Shown one piece after another: positions 19,077-26,651 of a stretch of DNA of 64,000 nucleotides. The position numbers and the translations under genes were made by a program. How positions within the stretch are numbered: position 1 is the stretch's first letter; each line of letters begins with the position of its first letter. Under the pieces are notes generated by a model. That model was not told where the DNA came from. It did not search any database and saw only the letters and a program-made list of their open reading frames with translations. Source of the DNA: Thermoleophilia bacterium (GTDB lineage Bacteria; Actinomycetota; Thermoleophilia; Gaiellales; JAICJC01); NCBI GenBank assembly GCA_025927685.1, contig JAICKX010000003.1, positions 2,905 to 66,904 on the forward strand, written 5' to 3'.

Positions 19077-19681
19077 GTTCCCTCCAGTGGTGCGAAGCTG
19101 CCGTGCAGCCGGCGGTCGTAGCGGTCGAGCATGCGGATCAGCCCCGGGCCGGCGACCAGGGCGATGACGGCGTTCCCGGCGGCGTGGGCGACGTCGAACC
19201 AGATGCCCGCGGAGACGAGCGCCACGAACGACGACGCGTCGGCTCCGGGGCCGAACGCGCTCCATTCCCAGACGTCCATCAGCCAGTCGAAGCCGAAGCC
19301 GCAGACGATCCCGAACGCGGCCAGCGCGAAGCGGTTTCGCAGCACGCGCGGCATCCAGCCCGCGACCAGCCCGACCAGCCCCCAGCCCAGCATCTGCCAC
19401 GGCGTCCACGGCCCCTGACCGAGGAACGCGTTCGATGCCAGCGCCGCCGCGGCGCCGGTGGCGAGCCCGGCTCGCGGGCCCAGGCCGGCGCCGGTCGCCG
19501 CCGTGATCATCGTGACCGGCTGGACGTTCGGGACTGCGGCGAAGACGACCCGGCCGGCGGCCGCCGCCGCCGCCAGCGCGGCGACGAGCGCCAGCTCGCG
19601 GCTTCGGTTCGGCCCGGTCTCGACGACGGCGAGGACGAGCGCGAGCGCCGCCAGCGCGGCGAGGGTCACGAGCTCAAGCAT
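19073..19681 (-). CDS. ECF-transporter S-component-like integral membrane protein
   Basis: About 200 aa with roughly 6 predicted TM helices. It is embedded between the EcfA-A' and alpha-barrel genes, with an 8-nt overlap upstream and an ATGA overlap downstream. The call rests on size, topology and context only. Confidence 0.55.
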   Translation of the reverse strand: MLELVTLAALAALALVLAVVETGPNRSRELALVAALAAAAAAGRVVFAAVPNVQPVTMITAATGAGLGPRAGLATGAAAALASNAFLGQGPWTPWQMLGWGLVGLVAGWMPRVLRNRFALAAFGIVCGFGFDWLMDVWEWSAFGPGADASSFVALVSAGIWFDVAHAAGNAVIALVAGPGLIRMLDRYDRRLHGSFAPLEGT

Positions 19682-21086
19682 GGACGGCCTCCGGTGCCGG
19701 GACACGCTGCGGCGCGATGCGGCCGCTCTCCAGGCGGACAGAGGCAGTCGCGGCGTCGGCGACGAACGGCGTGTCGTGGCTCACGACGACCACGGCCGCT
19801 CCGGCGGCTGCAAGGCCGCGCACGATCTCGGCGACGGCCCGCTTGCGGCGGCCGTCCACTCCGCGGGTCGGCTCGTCCAGGACGACGAGGTCGGGGCGCA
19901 TGGCGGTGACCGAGGCGATGGCGAGCCGCTGCCGCTCGCCGCTCGAGAGGTCGCGAGGGTGCTCGGCCGCCGCCCAGCCGAGGTCGAATCGCTCGAGCTC
20001 CGCCTCGGCTCGCGCGCGCCGGCCCGGCGCCGGCACGCCGAGGTTCGCAAGCCCGTACTCGACCTCCTCGAGGCCGGTGTCGTGGAGCAGGTATGCGCCG
20101 GGGTCCTGGGCCACGTATCCCGCGCGGCCGCGGTGCGCGGCCATGCCGGCGTCGAGCCCCATGAGCCCGCACAGCGCGAGCGCGAGCGTCGTCTTGCCGG
20201 CGCCGTTCGGGCCGGTCACCGCCGTGACGGCGCCGCGCTCGAAGGCCGCGGACACGTCGTGGAGCGCCCGCGTCGTTCCCAGCCGCTTCGATGCGTGGTC
20301 GAGCTGCGCGGCCGGGTCCTCCGGGCGGGCGGGGGGCGGCGGCTCCGCCGGCGCGCGCGGCAGGAGCCACGGGCGGCCGCGAAGCGCCAGCCGGGCGCGG
20401 TCGGGCGGCGCGTCGACCACGATCTCGCCGGCGTGCATCGCGACGACCCGGTCCGCCACGCCGAACAGCCGCTCCGTGCGGTGTTCCGCCACGACGACGG
20501 CGATGCCGTGCCGGGTGCGCAGATCGAGCAGCGTCCGCAGCAGGTCGTCGGCGGCCGCGGGGTCGAGCTGGCTCGTCGGCTCGTCGAGCAGGAGCACCCG
20601 CGGCCCCATCGCCAGCACCGACCCGATCGCGACGCGCTGGCGTTCACCGCCCGACAGGGTGCGGGTGGCGCGCCCGGCCAGGTGGTCCGCCCCGGCCATG
20701 CGCAGAGCGGCGAGGGCGCGCGGGTGGATCTCGGCCGCGTCGACGCCCAGGTTCTCGAGCCCGAACGCCGCCTCCGCCAGGACGCCGCTCGAGACGACCT
20801 GGGCCTCGGGGTCCTGGAAGACCAGTCCCGCGTGGCGTGCCAGCTCGCCGGGCCGGTGGTCGCGGGTGTCGAGTCCGCCGACGCGAACCCGGCCGTGAAG
20901 CTCGCCGCCGTGGAAGCGCGGGACGAGCCCCAGCGCGGCCCGAAGGAGCGTCGACTTGCCGCTGCCGGACTCGCCGACCAGGAGCACGAGCTCGCCCTCC
21001 TCGACGGACAGGGTGACATCCTCCAGCGCCGGCCGCCCGCCGGCGGCGTAGCGATGGCTCACTCCCTCGAACGTCAGGGCCGCCAT
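19674..21086 (-). CDS. Fused (duplicated) ECF/cobalt-type ABC ATPase, EcfA-EcfA'
   Basis: Two Walker A sites (GESGSGKST, GPNGAGKTT), two signature motifs (LSGGERQR, LSSGERQR) and two Walker B sites (LLLDEPTS, VVLDEPTR). Alternative ATG at 21098. The upstream 190 codons of the track ORF are a read-through artefact. Confidence 0.85.
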   Translation of the reverse strand: MAALTFEGVSHRYAAGGRPALEDVTLSVEEGELVLLVGESGSGKSTLLRAALGLVPRFHGGELHGRVRVGGLDTRDHRPGELARHAGLVFQDPEAQVVSSGVLAEAAFGLENLGVDAAEIHPRALAALRMAGADHLAGRATRTLSGGERQRVAIGSVLAMGPRVLLLDEPTSQLDPAAADDLLRTLLDLRTRHGIAVVVAEHRTERLFGVADRVVAMHAGEIVVDAPPDRARLALRGRPWLLPRAPAEPPPPARPEDPAAQLDHASKRLGTTRALHDVSAAFERGAVTAVTGPNGAGKTTLALALCGLMGLDAGMAAHRGRAGYVAQDPGAYLLHDTGLEEVEYGLANLGVPAPGRRARAEAELERFDLGWAAAEHPRDLSSGERQRLAIASVTAMRPDLVVLDEPTRGVDGRRKRAVAEIVRGLAAAGAAVVVVSHDTPFVADAATASVRLESGRIAPQRVPAPEAVHA

Positions 21087-21898
21087 CGCACCACCCATGC
21101 GAACGCCGTCCCCAGGGCCGCGAGGCCCGCCGCGCCGGCCGTGGCTGCCGGCGTCCACGGGTCGTCGAGCACGTCGAAGTAGCGGAAGCCGGCAGCGCCC
21201 GTCGCCAACGTTGCGACCACGAGCGCGAGCGCCGCAATGCCGAGGAGCGTGAGCACGCGCTCCCGGCGGGACAGCCCCCGTACCGGCGCCGCCGACCGGG
21301 CCGGGCCGGCGTAGCCGCGCGCCTCCATCGCCTCGGCGACCGCGAGCGCCCGCTCGAGCGACATGCCAACGAGCGGCCCCACGAGCCGGGCCGCTGTGGC
21401 GGGTCGGGAGACGGCCGCCGCCCGGGTGCGGGCCGCAACGAGCACGCAGGCGGCGTCGCGCTCCAGGGCCGGGAGCATCTGCGTCGTGAGCGACGCGATC
21501 ATCGCCGACCGGGGCGCGACACGGGCGACCGCCCGTAGCAGGAGATCGGAGTCGGCCAGCCGCACGAACGCCCCGGCGGCCAGGGCGGCGGCGGCGATTC
21601 GCAGGCCGGCGGCGGCGCCGTACGCCAGCTCCTCGGTGGTGATCTGCGTGTCGAGGATCGGGATGTCGGGGCCGCGCCACAGCGTCGTCAGGCCCTGCAC
21701 GGCCACGAAGGGCTCGAGCAGGAAGACGGTGACGCCGGTGAGGAGTGCGAACGCGGCGTAGGCCCGCCGGGGCGGCCCGGCGGCTGTCAGGAGGAGCGCC
21801 CCGGACAGCGCGGCGGCCGCCGGCCAGAGCGGGTTCTCGAGCGCGATCGCCGCGATGCCGACCGCAGCGGTCATGAGCGCTGCCGGAAGCGGCTTCAC
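21074..21898 (-). CDS. ECF transporter transmembrane (T) component, CbiQ/EcfT family
   Basis: Polytopic protein with the coupling-helix Ala-Arg-Gly context LERALAVAEAMEARGYAG. Its GTG overlaps the upstream stop (GTGA). Confidence 0.75.
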   Translation of the reverse strand: MKPLPAALMTAAVGIAAIALENPLWPAAAALSGALLLTAAGPPRRAYAAFALLTGVTVFLLEPFVAVQGLTTLWRGPDIPILDTQITTEELAYGAAAGLRIAAAALAAGAFVRLADSDLLLRAVARVAPRSAMIASLTTQMLPALERDAACVLVAARTRAAAVSRPATAARLVGPLVGMSLERALAVAEAMEARGYAGPARSAAPVRGLSRRERVLTLLGIAALALVVATLATGAAGFRYFDVLDDPWTPAATAGAAGLAALGTAFAWVVRWRP

Positions 21899-22779
21899 CG
21901 CCGCCCTCCCGCCGCCACGACGTGCCCCCCGCCGTCGAGCGCGACGGCGTAGGTGTCCGCGACTGCGGCCGGGTGCTCGGCGAGCGTCCGCGCCGCTGCG
22001 CATGCCGCCCGCGGGATGTCGCCGGCCACGATCAGCTCGGCCGATCGCCCGGTCGTCTCACCGGGCTGGTAGGCGGCGATGACGGCATGCGCCCGCGGCT
22101 CGGGCCGCGGGCCGCCCGGGGTGTGGTAGACGATCACCCGGCCACCGTCCAGAGAGACCGTGAGCCCCCGGCCGCGGCGCGTGCCCGGCCCGAGCGCGGC
22201 CGCGGCCTGCGTGAAGGTCTCGACACTGACCGTGAATGGCGCGGCCCGCTCGGTCAGCCTGGCCCCGGCGGCGCGCAGCGTTCCGGCGATGTCCGCCGAG
22301 CACGGCAGCCCCGTCACGTGGACGGCGCCGGGCCGGTGGCCGTCGAAGCCGTGCACGAACGGCTCGGGCCAGGCGCCGATCGCGAGCGGGACGTGGATGA
22401 GGTCGTTCCAGTAGCGGTAGTCCCACCATTCCCGGTCGCCGGGCCGGAGCGTGTAGTCCGCCGCGCCCCGGTCGGCCTCGAACCCGTTGATGAAGTAGAG
22501 CCAGTCCCATCCGCCCGAGCGGTCGCCGCGGACTCCGTCGATGCTCTCGACGAAGCGGCCGCCGTACGACGTGTCGACCCGAGCGGTGCGGCGGAGGGCG
22601 TCGAGCGCCGACTGGTCGGGCGCGGCCCGCGCCTCCAGGATGCGGTCGCGGCCGAACTCACGCGTGACGGTGACGGTCACGGCGGCGGGGCCGGGGGGCG
22701 GCGCCGCGGCCTGGGAGCCGCAGCCGCCGCCCACCGTCCCCAGGATGGCCCAGGCTACGAGGAGCCGACGTGCACCCAT
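21895..22779 (-). CDS. Lipoprotein with a DUF4430 (transcobalamin-like C-terminal) domain plus an unknown C-terminal domain
   Basis: Lipobox-like ILGTVGGGCGS. DUF4430 signature VTVTVTREFG...ALDALRR...GGRFVESIDGVRG...GWDWLYFINGFEADRGAADYTLRPGDREWWDY. Confidence 0.75.
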   Translation of the reverse strand: MGARRLLVAWAILGTVGGGCGSQAAAPPPGPAAVTVTVTREFGRDRILEARAAPDQSALDALRRTARVDTSYGGRFVESIDGVRGDRSGGWDWLYFINGFEADRGAADYTLRPGDREWWDYRYWNDLIHVPLAIGAWPEPFVHGFDGHRPGAVHVTGLPCSADIAGTLRAAGARLTERAAPFTVSVETFTQAAAALGPGTRRGRGLTVSLDGGRVIVYHTPGGPRPEPRAHAVIAAYQPGETTGRSAELIVAGDIPRAACAAARTLAEHPAAVADTYAVALDGGGHVVAAGGRR

Positions 22780-23444
22780 ACCGTCGGCGAGCGGATCGTG
22801 CCGGGGTGTGTCGCGCGCACGGCGTACGTCCCCTTGCGCGTGAACCTGACCGTGGCCCGGCCCAGGCTCCCGGCCTGCGTCGCGGCGCCGTTCACCGACA
22901 CCCAGGCGTGCGCGGAGGGTGTGGCATGCCCGGCGTCGTCGTAGGAGACAACGGAGAACGTCGCGGCGTCGCCGACCTCCAGGTTGCGCGAGCCGGCCTT
23001 GAGCCCGAGCGTCGGCTCCGTCGCCCCCGTGGTGGAATCGAACGTCGTCCAGTAGAAGAGCGCGTGCATCCCCGGGGTGGCCTCCACGGACCCGGCCCCG
23101 ATCGACGAGAGCACGTGCCCGACCTTGAACGCCCAGAAGTGCGACGCGTCCCCGGCCCTGCCTGCGACCGAGTCGACGAAGAACCCGCAGCACGAGAACC
23201 AGCTGAGACTCACGTCGAAGTCGTGCTTGCGGCCGGCCCTGATGAGCGCCCCGAGGGGCGTCGGCTGCGAGAGCGCATGGCCCTTCACCGTGCCGGTGAA
23301 CGGCACCGGCCGGCCGGAGAAGATCGTGTGCCGCGGGCCCTCGACGCGAAGCGCGACGTGAACCTTGGCGGTGGCCGGGCCGGCGGCCACCAGGATGGCA
23401 AGGGCGGCGACCGCCGCCGCGAACGTCAGGCGAAGCCTGTGCAA
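22755..23444 (-). CDS. Secreted DUF4430-like domain protein with a C-terminal Ig-like region
   Basis: SD GGAAGGAGG before TTG at 23444. Signal peptide MHRLRLTFAAAVAALAILVAAGPATA. DUF4430-like pattern PLGALIRAG...FFVDSVAGRAGDASHFWAFKVGHV...GMHALFYW. Confidence 0.65.
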   Translation of the reverse strand: MHRLRLTFAAAVAALAILVAAGPATAKVHVALRVEGPRHTIFSGRPVPFTGTVKGHALSQPTPLGALIRAGRKHDFDVSLSWFSCCGFFVDSVAGRAGDASHFWAFKVGHVLSSIGAGSVEATPGMHALFYWTTFDSTTGATEPTLGLKAGSRNLEVGDAATFSVVSYDDAGHATPSAHAWVSVNGAATQAGSLGRATVRFTRKGTYAVRATHPGTIRSPTVWVHVGSS

Positions 23445-23469
23445 CGTGTCCTCCTTCCTCGAGAGGCAT

Positions 23470-23652
23470 CGACGTCAGAGCGCGGGCGGCAGGTCTTCTG
23501 GCTCGGACGCGGCTCCCGGTCTCCCGGGCCGTCCGGCCTGCCTTCCCGGCCTCTCGGCCAGTGGCCACCTCACGGTGTCGCCGGAACGGACGTCCTCACA
23601 GCGGCGGGACCGCGCCGGACTCGCACCGGCTTCCCTTGACCGCTCGCGAACG
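23470..23652 (-). promoter_or_regulatory. Cobalamin (B12) riboswitch
   Basis: The minus strand reads GGTCAAGGGAAGCCGGTGCGAGTCCGGCGCGGTCCCGCCGCTGTGAGG (23615-23640 region), then the B12 box GTGGCCACTGGCC...GGGAAGGCAGG (about 23557-23565). Both are the hallmark conserved cores. The boundaries are approximate. Confidence 0.8.
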
Positions 23653-23655
23653 CCG

Positions 23656-23661
23656 ACTCTA
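23656..23661 (-). promoter_or_regulatory. -10-like TAGAGT immediately upstream of the riboswitch
   Basis: TAGAGT lies in the short gap between the pheA stop (23666-23668) and the first conserved riboswitch nucleotides. Confidence 0.3.
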
Positions 23662-23665
23662 CCAG

Positions 23666-24499
23666 CTACGGGCGCTCGCTCGCGGGATACGAGCCCAGGT
23701 GCGAGAGCTCGGCAACGTGCTCCTCGAGCTCGCGCAGCGCCGCGGAGACGGAGGCGTCCAGCGGGTGCCCCTCGAGGTCGGCGTAGAACTGGTAGTTCCA
23801 CGGCCGGCCCGCGATCGGGCGCGACTGGAGCGAGGTCATGTTGACGCCGTGACGGCCGAGCGGCGCGATGGCGTCGACCAGCGCGCCCGGGTGGTGGTGG
23901 GTCACGAACCGCACCGCCGTCCGCCATGCCCGGCCGTTCACGCGGTCCATCCGCGTGTGGGCGGCGACGGCGACGAAGCGGGTGTAATTCTGGGCGTGGT
24001 CGGAGACGTCGTTCAAGAGCACGTCCAGCCCGTGCTGCTCCGCTGCCGCCCGCGACGAGATGGCAGCCTGGCGCGGATCGCTCGCGTCGGCCACCCGGCG
24101 GGCGGCGGCGGCGGTGCTCGGGGCGACGTCCGGCAGGGCGTCCGGGAGCGACGAGAGGAACCGGCGGCACTGCGCGAGGGCGGCCGGGTGCGAGTGGATG
24201 CGGGCCAGCGCGTCGATGTTCGTGCCCGGAAGGCCGACCAAGCAGTGGGGGACGGCGATCACCACCTCGTCCACGATCGCAAGCGGTGCGTGGGCGAGCA
24301 GGTCGTAGGTCTCGGGGATCGCGCCCGCGAGCGAGTTCTCGATCGGGAGCACGCCGCAGGCCGCCTCGCCGCGGGTCACCGCGCGCATGACGTCGGCAAA
24401 GGACCGGCACGAGACCAGCTCGGCGTCCGGGTACAGGCGGCCGGCCGCCTCGGCGGCGTACGCGTTCTCCTCTCCGAAATGGGCGACGGTCGCCGGCAT
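23666..24499 (-). CDS. pheA: Prephenate dehydratase
   Basis: VLPIENSLAGAI..., TRFVAV, and an ACT domain with the LQSRPI (ESRP-type) motif. SD GGAGGA before the ATG at 24499. Confidence 0.9.
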   Translation of the reverse strand: MPATVAHFGEENAYAAEAAGRLYPDAELVSCRSFADVMRAVTRGEAACGVLPIENSLAGAIPETYDLLAHAPLAIVDEVVIAVPHCLVGLPGTNIDALARIHSHPAALAQCRRFLSSLPDALPDVAPSTAAAARRVADASDPRQAAISSRAAAEQHGLDVLLNDVSDHAQNYTRFVAVAAHTRMDRVNGRAWRTAVRFVTHHHPGALVDAIAPLGRHGVNMTSLQSRPIAGRPWNYQFYADLEGHPLDASVSAALRELEEHVAELSHLGSYPASERP

Positions 24500-24510
24500 C
24501 AGTCCTCCGT

Positions 24511-24543
24511 TAAACGAGAAAGGCCCCCGGTGCTCCGGAGGCC
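24511..24543 (-). terminator. Intrinsic-terminator-like hairpin inside the pheA 5' leader (candidate attenuator)
   Basis: The minus-strand RNA is GGCCUCCGG-AGCA-CCGGGGGCC (9 bp including one G.U pair) followed by UUUCUCGUUU. It ends about 10 nt before the pheA SD. On the plus strand the same stem would carry a C.A mismatch and has no U tail. Confidence 0.45.
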
Positions 24544-24574
24544 GCTTCGGTCGCTTCGCGTGGTTCGCGTGCGC

Positions 24575-24631
24575 TCAGCCGCCTCCGGTGTCCCCGGTAA
24601 AGGCGAAGCCGAGCTGCAGCGACGAGTACAT
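24575..24631 (-). CDS. Candidate leader peptide MYSSLQLGFAFTGDTGGG (18 aa)
   Basis: ATG at 24631 is preceded by TAGCAT-N8 (leaderless geometry). Phe codons lie at positions 9 and 11. Its last codons (ACC GGA GGC GGC) can pair with the 5' arm of the terminator. Speculative. Confidence 0.25.
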   Translation of the reverse strand: MYSSLQLGFAFTGDTGGG

Positions 24632-24632
24632 T
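24627..24632 (+). promoter_or_regulatory. -10-like TACATT, 7 nt upstream of the thiL ATG (leaderless geometry)
   Basis: TACATT-gcgcgcc-ATG. No SD. Confidence 0.4.
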
Positions 24633-24639
24633 GCGCGCC

Positions 24640-25464
24640 ATGCTACCAGAGGATGCGCTGGTCTCGGCGATCGCGCGGGCCGTCGGACCGCCGTCCGGCG
24701 GGGTCGTGCTCGGGATCGGCGACGATGCGGCGGTCCTCGACGACGGCACGGTCGCCTCGACCGACGTGCTCGTGGAGGGCGTGCACTTCGACCTGGCCCG
24801 GATGACCGCGCGCGACGTGGGCCACCGGGCGGGGACGGCCAACCTGTCCGACCTCGCGGCGATGGGGGCGCGCCCGGTCGCGCTCCTGGCGGCGTTCGGG
24901 ATCCCGGCCGGGTTCGAGGACGCGGCCGAGGTCGCGGCCGGGATGAGCGAGCACGGCGTCCCGGTCGCCGGCGGCGACCTCTCCCGCGCGCCCGTCCTGG
25001 TCGTGGCGGTGACCGCGATCGGGCGGGCCGAGCGGCCGGTGCGCCGCTCCGGCGGCCGGCCGGGGGACGTCCTCGTCGTCACGGGACCGCTCGGCGGCCA
25101 GGCCGTGGCCGGCTACACCGGGCGGGTCGCGCCGCGAACCGAGGAGGGATGCGCGCTGGCGGCGGTTGCGACCGCCATGATCGACCTCTCCGACGGGCTC
25201 GCGACCGACGTCGCGCGCCTGGCCCGGGCGTCCGGGACGGGCGCCGTGGTCGAGCTCGAGCGGCTGCCGCGCGCTCCCGGCGCGACCGTCGACCAGGCCG
25301 CCGCGGGCGGCGAGGACTACGAGCTCCTCGCGGCGCTCCCACGCGGCTCCGAGGCGCCGGTGCCGGTCACCGCGGTCGGCCGTCTCACGGCCGAGCCGGA
25401 CGTGCTCCTGCTCGACGCGGCGGGCGCTCCGCGGGCGCTCCGCGGCTGGGATCACTTCGGATGA
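24640..25464 (+). CDS. thiL: Thiamine-monophosphate kinase
   Basis: GIGDDAAVL...TDVLVEGVHF...GTANLSDLAAMGARP...GGDLS...IDLSDGLATD: AIR-synthase-like fold motifs typical of ThiL. Confidence 0.85.
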   Translation: MLPEDALVSAIARAVGPPSGGVVLGIGDDAAVLDDGTVASTDVLVEGVHFDLARMTARDVGHRAGTANLSDLAAMGARPVALLAAFGIPAGFEDAAEVAAGMSEHGVPVAGGDLSRAPVLVVAVTAIGRAERPVRRSGGRPGDVLVVTGPLGGQAVAGYTGRVAPRTEEGCALAAVATAMIDLSDGLATDVARLARASGTGAVVELERLPRAPGATVDQAAAGGEDYELLAALPRGSEAPVPVTAVGRLTAEPDVLLLDAAGAPRALRGWDHFG

Positions 25465-26297
25465 TCCCGGTCCTCGCAGGGCTGACGGCCGCCGTCATGT
25501 GGGGCCTCTCCACGGTCGTGGCGTCGCGGTCGACGAAGGCCATCGGCTCCCAGGGCGCCCTGGCGTGGGTCATGCTGATCGGCGGCGCCCTGACGCTCGC
25601 GCTGGCGCCGATCTCCGGCGTCCCCCACGGCGTCTCGGGCTCGGCCTGGGCATGGGCGATCGCCGCCGGCGTCGGCTCGGCGTTCGGGCTCTCGATGATG
25701 TACCGCGCGCTTCGGATCGGGCAGGTCGGCGTGGTGGCGCCGATCGCCTCGACGGAGGGCGCGCTCGCGGCGCTGCTCTCGATCGCCCTCGGCGAGCGGC
25801 TGACCGTGGGGGTGGCGATCTGCCTCGGCGTGATCGCGCTCGGGATCTTCGTCGTCACGCTCCGCGGCTCGGCCACCGACATCCACCTGCGGCCGTCGCT
25901 CTACGCGATGACGGCCGCGTGCTGCTTCGGCGTCGGGCTCGTGGGGAGCGCGAAGGCCGGCGACGAGCTGGGCGCGCTGTGGACGATCCTCGTCGCCCGC
26001 GCCATCGGCGTCGCGGCCATCGCCGGACCGCTCCTCGTCGCCCGGTCGCTCCCGCGACCCGGCCGGGTGTGGTGGATGGTGACGTTCTCGGCCCTCGCCG
26101 AGCTGATCGGCTTCGCCGCCTTCATCGGCGGGTCGGAGAAGGGCGTGGCGATCCCCGCCGTGCTCGCGTCGCAGTTCGCCGCCGTCGCGGCGGCTACGAG
26201 CTACGTCGTCTTCGGCGAGCGACTCGGGGTGCGCCAGCGTGCGGGCGCGGCCGTCATCTTCGCCGGCGTCGCGGTGCTCTCGGTGCTACGCGCCTGA
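25461..26297 (+). CDS. EamA/DMT-superfamily transporter
   Basis: About 10 TM helices in two EamA-like halves. ATGA overlap with thiL. Confidence 0.75.
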   Translation: MIPVLAGLTAAVMWGLSTVVASRSTKAIGSQGALAWVMLIGGALTLALAPISGVPHGVSGSAWAWAIAAGVGSAFGLSMMYRALRIGQVGVVAPIASTEGALAALLSIALGERLTVGVAICLGVIALGIFVVTLRGSATDIHLRPSLYAMTAACCFGVGLVGSAKAGDELGALWTILVARAIGVAAIAGPLLVARSLPRPGRVWWMVTFSALAELIGFAAFIGGSEKGVAIPAVLASQFAAVAAATSYVVFGERLGVRQRAGAAVIFAGVAVLSVLRA

Positions 26298-26630
26298 CCC
26301 GGCTCCGAGCCAGGCCGACAGCTCGTCCTCGATCCGCCGCCGCGGGAGCGCCCCGATCAGCTTCTTCTGCATCTGGCCGCCCTCGAACACCATGACCGTC
26401 GGGATCGAGAGGATGTCGTAGCGGGCGGCCGTCTGGAAGTTGTCGTCGACGTTCAGCTTCGTGAACTTGACGCGCCCGGCGTGCTGGCCGGCGAGCTCGT
26501 CGAGTATCGGGTCCATCACGCGGCACGGGCCGCACCACGGTGCCCAGAAGTCGACGACGACCGGCTGGTCGGAGCCGACAACCTCGGCGTCCCAGGTGGA
26601 ATCGGTAACCTCGAGCATACGCTCGGCCAT
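26286..26630 (-). CDS. trxA: Thioredoxin
   Basis: VVVDFWAPWCGPCR active site, and IPTVMVFEGG. Confidence 0.9.
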   Translation of the reverse strand: MAERMLEVTDSTWDAEVVGSDQPVVVDFWAPWCGPCRVMDPILDELAGQHAGRVKFTKLNVDDNFQTAARYDILSIPTVMVFEGGQMQKKLIGALPRRRIEDELSAWLGAGSGA

Positions 26631-26651
26631 GCTTGGACTATACCCCGCGGC

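Noticed and set aside
21087-21680. N-terminal extensions of track ORFs. Examples: 19674..21680, 21895..23568, 30180..31682, 43410..44843, 43889..45769, 55115..57595, 57403..58782, 18204..19409, 36479..38647, 10407..12215 and 13001..15184.
   Set aside because: The recognisable protein begins at an internal start that overlaps or abuts the upstream gene's stop. The extension merely reads through the neighbour's coding sequence in another frame.
22755-22779. The 25-nt overlap between the two DUF4430 genes, considered as a possible frameshift fusing them.
   Set aside because: The downstream gene has its own ATG followed by a lipoprotein signal sequence, and the upstream gene ends after a complete Ig-like domain. 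Two separate secreted proteins is the simpler reading.
24500-24639. TPP riboswitch for thiL.
   Set aside because: There is no CUGAGA / ACCUGAUCUGGAUAAUGCCAGCG-like core. thiL appears leaderless (TACATT-N7-ATG), and the structured RNA in this gap lies on the opposite strand and belongs to pheA.
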